Both the position numbers and the translations under genes were made by a program. DNA of 64,000 nt from an uncultured Clostridia bacterium. GTDB taxonomy: Bacteria > Bacillota > Clostridia > TANB77 > CAG-508. Where the stretch lies: positions 57,862-121,861 of the forward strand of contig CAKOTK010000004.1 in NCBI GenBank assembly GCA_934120135.1. Direction: 5' to 3'. Under the pieces are notes generated by a model that saw nothing but the letters and a program-made list of their open reading frames with translations, had not been told where the DNA came from and made no database searches. Shown in pieces: positions 58,246 through 64,000 of this stretch (positions are counted from its first letter, which is position 1; the number at the start of each line of letters is the position of its first letter).

Positions 58246-58354
58246 GTGCCAATGGGGACGGAGAATTTTGGCACCTAATTACACCCAATTATGGCTAACA
58301 AAACAAAGTCATAATTGGGTGCTTTTTGACCCCGTCCCCAAAGTCACCTTTTTT
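58246..58354. other. nested/pseudoknotted hairpin set in the glmS-bofA convergent intergenic region (bidirectional terminator)
   Basis: GTGCCAA/TTGGCAC, CACCCAATTATG/CATAATTGGGTG (12 bp) and GGGGACGG/CCGTCCCC pair across the region; T6 at 58349-58354. Confidence 0.5.
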
Positions 58355-58613
58355 AGATGAATAGTTTTAGTATGATTAGCAGTATTGCCCCAGGAATTCC
58401 TAAAAGTCCTACTAATACTGCTGTTACAACATTTAATCCTATATGAAATCCCCAAGCTGAACCTATTAAGTTTATTATAAATATTAGCAATCCTCCTAAA
58501 ACAGAGTTTACTATTAATTTAAACAATGCTTTTAATGGAACTGAAAATATTTTTCCAATAATACACAAAACTACTATACATCCTAAAATAACTAAAGCAT
58601 TAGAAAAATCCAA
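58353..58613 (-). CDS. bofA: sigma-K processing regulatory protein BofA
   Basis: GFHIGLNVVTAVLVGLLGIPGAILLII matches the BofA C-terminal region. Confidence 0.8.
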   Translation of the reverse strand: MDFSNALVILGCIVVLCIIGKIFSVPLKALFKLIVNSVLGGLLIFIINLIGSAWGFHIGLNVVTAVLVGLLGIPGAILLIILKLFI

Positions 58614-58667
58614 CTTTTATCACCATTCCTTTAGTAATATGTATGATAAAAATTGGACAAATATTAC

Positions 58668-58994
58668 TTATCCTACTTGATTTTTTTTGAAATAAATTTC
58701 TTCTATCATATTTAATGATAATCCCCTATCTCTTGCTTTATTTACTAAAAAATCTACTTTACTTTTACTAGCTTTAATTTGATATACATAATAGTCCACT
58801 AAGCCTTCTTCTGCTGTTTCAAAATTTTTAGTTGCTAAATTTAATTCTTTTTTTGCTTTTATTAAACTCATTATAAGTTCTACTTTTTTGTCTTCATCAG
58901 TCTTGTCTTTTATATTTGTTTCTTTTTGATATTCTTCAAACATTACTTGTCTCCTTTTGGGTTTCTCATAAACATTATATACACTAATTTCCAA
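58668..58994 (-). CDS. yaaL: YaaL-family (DUF2508) protein
   Basis: Size and charged helical sequence; conserved position upstream of bofA. Confidence 0.6.
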   Translation of the reverse strand: MEISVYNVYEKPKRRQVMFEEYQKETNIKDKTDEDKKVELIMSLIKAKKELNLATKNFETAEEGLVDYYVYQIKASKSKVDFLVNKARDRGLSLNMIEEIYFKKNQVG

Positions 58995-59080
58995 TTTATG
59001 CGTTATGCTCTAAGAAATATTGATTTTTCCAAAATGTTTTGCTATAATAAATTGGTAATTTATATTATAGAGGTAAAGTT

Positions 59081-60367
59081 ATGATAGATATTAAATTTTT
59101 AAGAGAAAATCCAGATGTAGTTAAAGAAAATATTAAGAAGAAATTTCAAGATTACAAATTACCATTAGTTGACGAAGTTCTTGAATTAGATGCTAAAAAT
59201 CGTGAAGCAAAATTAAATGGTGATGAGTTAAGAAGTAAAAGAAATTCATTAAGTAGTGAAATTGGTAACTTAATGAGACAAGGTAAAAAAGATGAGGCAG
59301 AGAGTATAAAGGCTGAGGTTCAAGAAATTAACAATAAATTACTTGAAAACGAGAAACTTGAAGAGGAATATTCTGCTAAAATTCAAGAGAAAATGATGAA
59401 AATTCCTAATATTATTCATGAGTCTGTTCCAGTTGGTAAAGATGATAGTGAAAATGTTGAGATTCAAAAGTTTGGAGAACCAGTTGTTCCAAGTTATGAA
59501 ATTCCATATCATACAGATATTATGGAAGCATTTGAAGGCATTGACTTAGATGCTGCTCGTAGAGTTGCTGGTAATGGATTCTATTATTTAATGGGTGATA
59601 TTGCTAGACTTCATTCTGCAGTTATTTCTTATGCTAGGGATTTTATGATAAATAAAGGTTTTACTTACTGTGTTCCACCTTTTATGATTCGTAGCAGTGT
59701 AGTAACTGGTGTTATGAGCTTTGAAGAAATGGACGCAATGATGTATAAAATAGAAGGAGAAGATTTATATTTAATTGGTACAAGTGAACATTCTATGATT
59801 GGTAAATTTAAAGACCAAATTCTTCAAAAGGATAAAGTTCCTTATACAATGACTTCATATTCTCCTTGTTTTAGAAAAGAAAAAGGTGCACATGGTATCG
59901 AAGAACGTGGTGTTTACCGTATTCATCAATTTGAAAAACAAGAAATGATTGTTGTTTGTGAGCCTGAAGATAGCTGGAATTGGTATGATAAACTATGGTC
60001 ATATACAGTTGAATTATTTAGAAGTATAGATATTCCAGTTCGTACTCTTGAATGTTGTAGTGGTGATTTAGCTGACCTAAAAGCAAAAAGCTGTGATGTC
60101 GAGGCTTGGAGCCCTAGACAACAAAAATACTTTGAGGTTGGTAGTTGTTCTAACTTAACTGATGCTCAAGCTAGACGTTTAGGTATTAGAATTAAAGGTG
60201 AAAAACAAAATTATTATGCTCACACATTAAATAATACTGTTGTTGCTCCACCTCGTATGTTAATTGCCTTACTTGAGAATAATTATCAAGAAGACGGAAG
60301 TGTTAAAATTCCTGAAGTTTTATGGCCATATATGGGTGGAACTAAGGTTTTAAAACCAATTAAATAA
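59081..60367 (+). CDS. serS: seryl-tRNA synthetase
   Basis: N-terminal coiled-coil arm and class II motifs (FRKEKGAHG..RGVYRIHQFEKQE). Confidence 0.9.
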   Translation: MIDIKFLRENPDVVKENIKKKFQDYKLPLVDEVLELDAKNREAKLNGDELRSKRNSLSSEIGNLMRQGKKDEAESIKAEVQEINNKLLENEKLEEEYSAKIQEKMMKIPNIIHESVPVGKDDSENVEIQKFGEPVVPSYEIPYHTDIMEAFEGIDLDAARRVAGNGFYYLMGDIARLHSAVISYARDFMINKGFTYCVPPFMIRSSVVTGVMSFEEMDAMMYKIEGEDLYLIGTSEHSMIGKFKDQILQKDKVPYTMTSYSPCFRKEKGAHGIEERGVYRIHQFEKQEMIVVCEPEDSWNWYDKLWSYTVELFRSIDIPVRTLECCSGDLADLKAKSCDVEAWSPRQQKYFEVGSCSNLTDAQARRLGIRIKGEKQNYYAHTLNNTVVAPPRMLIALLENNYQEDGSVKIPEVLWPYMGGTKVLKPIK

Positions 60368-60389
60368 CCTTATTGAAAGTAGGTGCAAA

Positions 60390-60971
60390 ATGTTTATTAA
60401 GAATCCTGAATTTAGAATTTCTGCTGTTAGTCCTAAGCAATATCCTGATGATGGATTACCTCAAGTTGTATTGGTTGGAAAGTCTAATGTTGGAAAGTCT
60501 AGTTTTATAAATACATTAGTTAATCGTAAAAAGTTGGCTAGAACTAGTAGTGAACCTGGTAAAACAAGACAAATAAATTTTTATAATATGGACGAAAAGT
60601 TTTATTTAGTTGACTTGCCTGGTTATGGTTTTAGTAAAATGTCTAAGCAAGAACAAGCAAAAGTTGGAACTTTTATTGAAGAATACTTACAAAAAAGTAA
60701 AAACATTGCTTTAATAGTATTTTTAATAGATATTAGACATGACCCCACTTCTAATGATAAACTTATGTATGATTATATTTTCAAAACTAATTTACCTTGT
60801 ATTGTAATCGCAAATAAAGCTGATAAGATTGCAATCACAAAGGTTGATGACGCAGTAATTAATTTACAAAATATCTTAAATCCATTAAAAGATATTGCAT
60901 TTCTTCCATGTTCTAGTGAGAGAAAAGTTTATACAGATAAAGTTTGGGAAGAAATAGAAAAATATATATAG
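60390..60971 (+). CDS. engB: ribosome biogenesis GTPase YihA/EngB
   Basis: GKSNVGKSS, DLPGYG, NKADK motifs. Confidence 0.9.
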   Translation: MFIKNPEFRISAVSPKQYPDDGLPQVVLVGKSNVGKSSFINTLVNRKKLARTSSEPGKTRQINFYNMDEKFYLVDLPGYGFSKMSKQEQAKVGTFIEEYLQKSKNIALIVFLIDIRHDPTSNDKLMYDYIFKTNLPCIVIANKADKIAITKVDDAVINLQNILNPLKDIAFLPCSSERKVYTDKVWEEIEKYI

Positions 60972-60975
60972 TTAA

Positions 60976-61012
60976 AAAATCGACAAGATATGACATATTT
61001 TGTCGATTTTCA
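60976..61012 (+). terminator. rho-independent terminator after engB
   Basis: AAAATCGACAA...TTGTCGATTTT. Confidence 0.8.
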
Positions 61013-61064
61013 TTGACTATTTACTCCTAAAGTATTATAATAAGTTCACGCTCTTAATAAGAGC
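61013..61064 (+). promoter_or_regulatory. consensus promoter TTGACT-17-TATAAT followed by perfect palindrome GCTCTTAATAAGAGC (operator-like)
   Basis: TTGACT 61013-61018, TATAAT 61036-61041, palindrome 61050-61064. Confidence 0.6.
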
Positions 61065-61090
61065 AAATTTTATATTTGGAGGATTTGACT

Positions 61091-61330
61091 ATGAGTAAAC
61101 TGCGGAGCTATGTGATGGTGAGCTTCTCTTCTGAAAAGCTTGCAAAAGCTGCTTTGGTTGCCACAAAATCCAATTTTTATCAGGGTGTTCGTGCCAACGC
61201 ACATGATTTTAATCATGTGAAAGGAAATACTGTATTTTTTATGCGCACTAAGGATAGCGCTCGTGATCATAGAATCCGTGAGTTTTTGATGTCTCAGGAT
61301 GGGGCCCTGCCCTATTTGTGTCACATCTAA
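61091..61330 (+). CDS. hypothetical 79-aa protein, strongly GC-anomalous (~44% GC)
   Basis: SD GGAGG 8 nt before the ATG. Codon usage (CTG, GTG, AGC, CGT) is atypical for the window. Confidence 0.55.
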   Translation: MSKLRSYVMVSFSSEKLAKAALVATKSNFYQGVRANAHDFNHVKGNTVFFMRTKDSARDHRIREFLMSQDGALPYLCHI

Positions 61331-61347
61331 GTCGAATAACCTTTTAA

Positions 61348-61385
61348 AGAGGGTGGTTTTTAATAAACCACCCTCTAAGTTTTTT
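61348..61385. terminator. bidirectional terminator
   Basis: AGAGGGTGGTTT-ttaat-AAACCACCCTCT perfect 12-bp stem plus AAGTTTTTT. Confidence 0.85.
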
Positions 61386-61560
61386 AACTTTCTTTTTTAG
61401 TTATTGCTTTCAATGCTTTAGGACGTTCTAAAACAACTACATGTCCACATCCTAAACACTTCATTTTAAAATCAACACCAACTCTAGTCAATTCCCATAG
61501 TTTACTTCCACAAGGATGTTGTTTTTTTGTTCTAACAATATCGCCTACATTATATTCCAT
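61384..61560 (-). CDS. unannotated DUF951-family small protein (58 aa) MEYNVGDIVRTKKQHPCGSKLWELTRVGVDFKMKCLGCGHVVVLERPKALKAITKKES
   Basis: SD AAGGAG upstream; GDIV..KK.HPCGS..WE..R.G.D.K.KC.GCGH matches the DUF951 pattern. Below the ORF-track cutoff. Confidence 0.7.
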   Translation of the reverse strand: MEYNVGDIVRTKKQHPCGSKLWELTRVGVDFKMKCLGCGHVVVLERPKALKAITKKES

Positions 61561-61577
61561 AGGAACTCACTCCTTTT

Positions 61578-63230
61578 TTATTTTTCAATTATATTTTTAA
61601 ATCTTTTTTCTACACTTTCTTTTCCTAATACTTGCATAATTTCATATAAGTCTGGTGTTTGTTGTCTCCCTGTTAATGAAACTCTTAATACTGTACTAAC
61701 ATCGCCAACATGTGCTTTCCATTTTTCAGGTTCTTGTTTGAACATTTTTACTTCTCTTGCATATCCTAGTTCTTCTGATAAATCTTTTATTTTATCAAAC
61801 CATGTTTGTTTATCATCATTTATGTTAAAATATTTTTCTAGATATAATGATAATATTTTTTTGATTTCTTCTTTATCATTTATTTTAGCATATTCAAAGT
61901 TATTGTCTAAGCTAAAGAATTTCTCATCATACATATAGTAAATTGCATTTTTTATTTCTGCCCATTTAGCTATATCTTTTCTAGGTTTAGCTGTTCCTCT
62001 TTCAATTCCAAATACTTTTAAAGCATATTCTTTATCCTGTAACATTTCCTCAAGTTCTTTGTCATAACGTTTTGCCCAATTTAAAGAATCTTCATATACT
62101 CTTTCTTTAGAATATGTAGATATAACATTTTTTGATATGTCTAATAATTTTATCATATCAAAAATTGCTCCACTTACACTCATTTTGTTAAGTTCAAATT
62201 CAAATTCTGATATATCTTTATCTGGATTTGATCTTTTCCATGTTTCAAAGTTTGAATTTGCTATATTTAATAAATATTGATATACAGCTTCTGCTGGTAT
62301 ACCTTCTTCATGATAGTAACTAACTGCTGCTTCTGGGTCTTTACGTTTACTAATTTTACGTTTTTTGCCTTCATCATCTTTTAATATTGCTGATGTATGT
62401 GCATATTTAGGTACTGCAAATCCTAATGCCTTAAATAACTCTAAATGAAGTGGTACTGAAGATAACCATTCGTCAGCACGAATTACATGTGTAACTCTCA
62501 TTAAGTGGTCATCAACAGCGTGTGCAAAGTGGTATGTTGGTAATCCATCAGCTTTTATAATAACTATATCTTGATCATTTTCTGGGAATTCAACATTTCC
62601 TTTTATTACATCATGATGTCTGATTTTTCTTTCTTCATTTCCCATAGATTTAAATCTAACAATATATGGCTCACCAGCTTTTATTTTTTCTGCCGCTTCT
62701 TCTACTGATAAATTACGGTATGTTGCCCATACTCCATAATAACCAGGTTTAATTTTAGCAGCTTCTTGTTTTTTACGCATTTCGTCAAGTTCTTCTGGAG
62801 TTGCAAAACATGGATATGCTCTACCTTGTTCTATTAAATATTTAGCAAAAGCTTGGTATATGTCCTTTCTGGCACTTTGTTTATATGGTCCATAATTACC
62901 TTTTTCTTCAGTTTCATTTATCATACCTTCGTCAAATATAATACCAAAATCTTTAACTGCTTCTACTATTTGTACTACACCATTTTCAATTAACCTTTTT
63001 TGGTCTGTATCTTCTATTCTTAATATACTAACACCTTTAGTTTGTTTTGCAAGTGTTGTACATATAATGCTTTGATATAAACCACCAATATGAACATACC
63101 CTGTTGGGCTTGGTGCAAAACGCACTACCATTGCTCCTTCTGGTAAGTTTCTTTCTGGATATTTTTCCTCATAATATGAAATTGGCTTTGCATTTGGAAA
63201 TATTAAATTTGCTAAATCTTTATAATCCAT
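61578..63230 (-). CDS. gltX: glutamyl-tRNA synthetase
   Basis: HIGG and KISKR (KMSKS-type) class I motifs. Confidence 0.9.
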   Translation of the reverse strand: MDYKDLANLIFPNAKPISYYEEKYPERNLPEGAMVVRFAPSPTGYVHIGGLYQSIICTTLAKQTKGVSILRIEDTDQKRLIENGVVQIVEAVKDFGIIFDEGMINETEEKGNYGPYKQSARKDIYQAFAKYLIEQGRAYPCFATPEELDEMRKKQEAAKIKPGYYGVWATYRNLSVEEAAEKIKAGEPYIVRFKSMGNEERKIRHHDVIKGNVEFPENDQDIVIIKADGLPTYHFAHAVDDHLMRVTHVIRADEWLSSVPLHLELFKALGFAVPKYAHTSAILKDDEGKKRKISKRKDPEAAVSYYHEEGIPAEAVYQYLLNIANSNFETWKRSNPDKDISEFEFELNKMSVSGAIFDMIKLLDISKNVISTYSKERVYEDSLNWAKRYDKELEEMLQDKEYALKVFGIERGTAKPRKDIAKWAEIKNAIYYMYDEKFFSLDNNFEYAKINDKEEIKKILSLYLEKYFNINDDKQTWFDKIKDLSEELGYAREVKMFKQEPEKWKAHVGDVSTVLRVSLTGRQQTPDLYEIMQVLGKESVEKRFKNIIEK

Positions 63231-63285
63231 TTTTCTCTTCCCCTTTTCAAAATAATTTAATTCTAAATGTTTAATTTTGAAATAA

Positions 63286-64000
63286 TTAAACTTCGGTAAT
63301 AATTGGTAAAATCATAGGATTTCTCTTTGTCTTTTCAAATATATAATCTCTTAAAGTATCTTTTAGGTTTGATTTTATTGTTGACCAGTCTGTAATATGA
63401 CCATCTTCACATTTTCTTACTTCTTCATAAATTACTCTTTTAATGTCATCCATTAAGTTTTCTGATTCTCTAACATATACGAACCCTCTTGATACTACAT
63501 CTGGTTCTGATACTATTTCTCCTGTGTCTGAATCCATTGCAACAACTATAACTATTAATCCATCTTGTGATAAGTGTTGTCTGTCACGAAGTACTATGTT
63601 TCCAACGTCTCCAACACCTAGTCCATCTACTAAAACTTTTCCATTTGGTACTGAAGTAGTAAGTGTCGCTTCATTTTCGTTTAACTCTAATATTCTACCA
63701 TTTGTCATCATAAATATATTTTTAGCTTCTATTCCTAGTTTTTTAGCTGTTTCTGCATGTGCTCTAAGTTGTCTATATTCACCATGTACTGGTATAAAGA
63801 ATTTTGGTTTTGCTAAAGTAATTATCAATTTTTGTTCTTCTTGACATGCGTGACCTGATACGTGTACATCTTCTAGTGAGCTATATATAACCTCTGCTCC
63901 TATTTTCATAAGGTCATCAATTACTTTTGATACGTATTTTTCATTTCCTGGAATTGGAGTAGCTGATATTATTACCATATCATTTGGAGTTATTGTAACT
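63286..64000 (-). CDS. rnj: ribonuclease J (beta-CASP), 3' portion; 5' end outside window
   Basis: C-terminal beta-CASP and RNase J domain sequence; ORF open to the window edge. Confidence 0.8.
   Translation of the reverse strand, partial: VTITPNDMVIISATPIPGNEKYVSKVIDDLMKIGAEVIYSSLEDVHVSGHACQEEQKLIITLAKPKFFIPVHGEYRQLRAHAETAKKLGIEAKNIFMMTNGRILELNENEATLTTSVPNGKVLVDGLGVGDVGNIVLRDRQHLSQDGLIVIVVAMDSDTGEIVSEPDVVSRGFVYVRESENLMDDIKRVIYEEVRKCEDGHITDWSTIKSNLKDTLRDYIFEKTKRNPMILPIITEV

Noticed and set aside
58995-59080. T-box leader upstream of serS (likewise upstream of gltX, 63231-63285).
   Set aside because: The spacers are only ~55-86 nt, far too short for a T-box; no specifier or T-box consensus seen.
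1-64000. CRISPR arrays, rRNA or tRNA genes, integrases or insertion-sequence transposases.
   Set aside because: No 25-40-bp direct-repeat arrays with unique spacers, no rRNA or tRNA signatures, and no tyrosine/serine recombinase or DDE transposase ORFs were found on either strand.

Overview
Low-GC (~28%) Firmicutes window, Clostridium-like spore-former (splB, bofA, yaaL, yqfC/yqfD present). Most genes are on the minus strand and tightly packed. The backbone is housekeeping: leuS (5' partial), udg, ldcA, pgeF, addB, ogg, an OmpR-family two-component system, splB, trmB, rng, pth, the recO-yqzL-era and ybeY-dgkA-yqfD-yqfC neighbourhood, a trimeric [FeFe]-hydrogenase, uvrC, glmS with its ribozyme, serS, engB, gltX and rnj (3' partial). 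Features not explained by the supplied ORF track: (1) two paralogous ~280-bp cassettes, each flanked by ATAGGAAATGAA inverted repeats sitting at the +1 of inward-facing consensus promoters and each encoding an unannotated 37/40-aa hydrophobic peptide convergent to a short terminated RNA, i.e. type I toxin-antitoxin-like; (2) a complete agr-type quorum-sensing locus (LytTR regulator, HPK10 kinase, agrB) whose 39-aa AgrD-like precursor is unannotated; (3) an apparent fusion of a LysR-type regulator to a MoaA/viperin-like radical-SAM domain, clustered with CYTH, Gfo/Idh/MocA and NUDIX genes; (4) a ~64-nt conserved hairpin present twice with compensatory base changes; (5) 24-bp perfect inverted repeats flanking a GC-rich 178-bp core between era and hydA; (6) two GC-anomalous small-gene islands; (7) three frameshifted genes (plsC, a GNAT, a NodB deacetylase). 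No rRNA, tRNA or CRISPR array was found.
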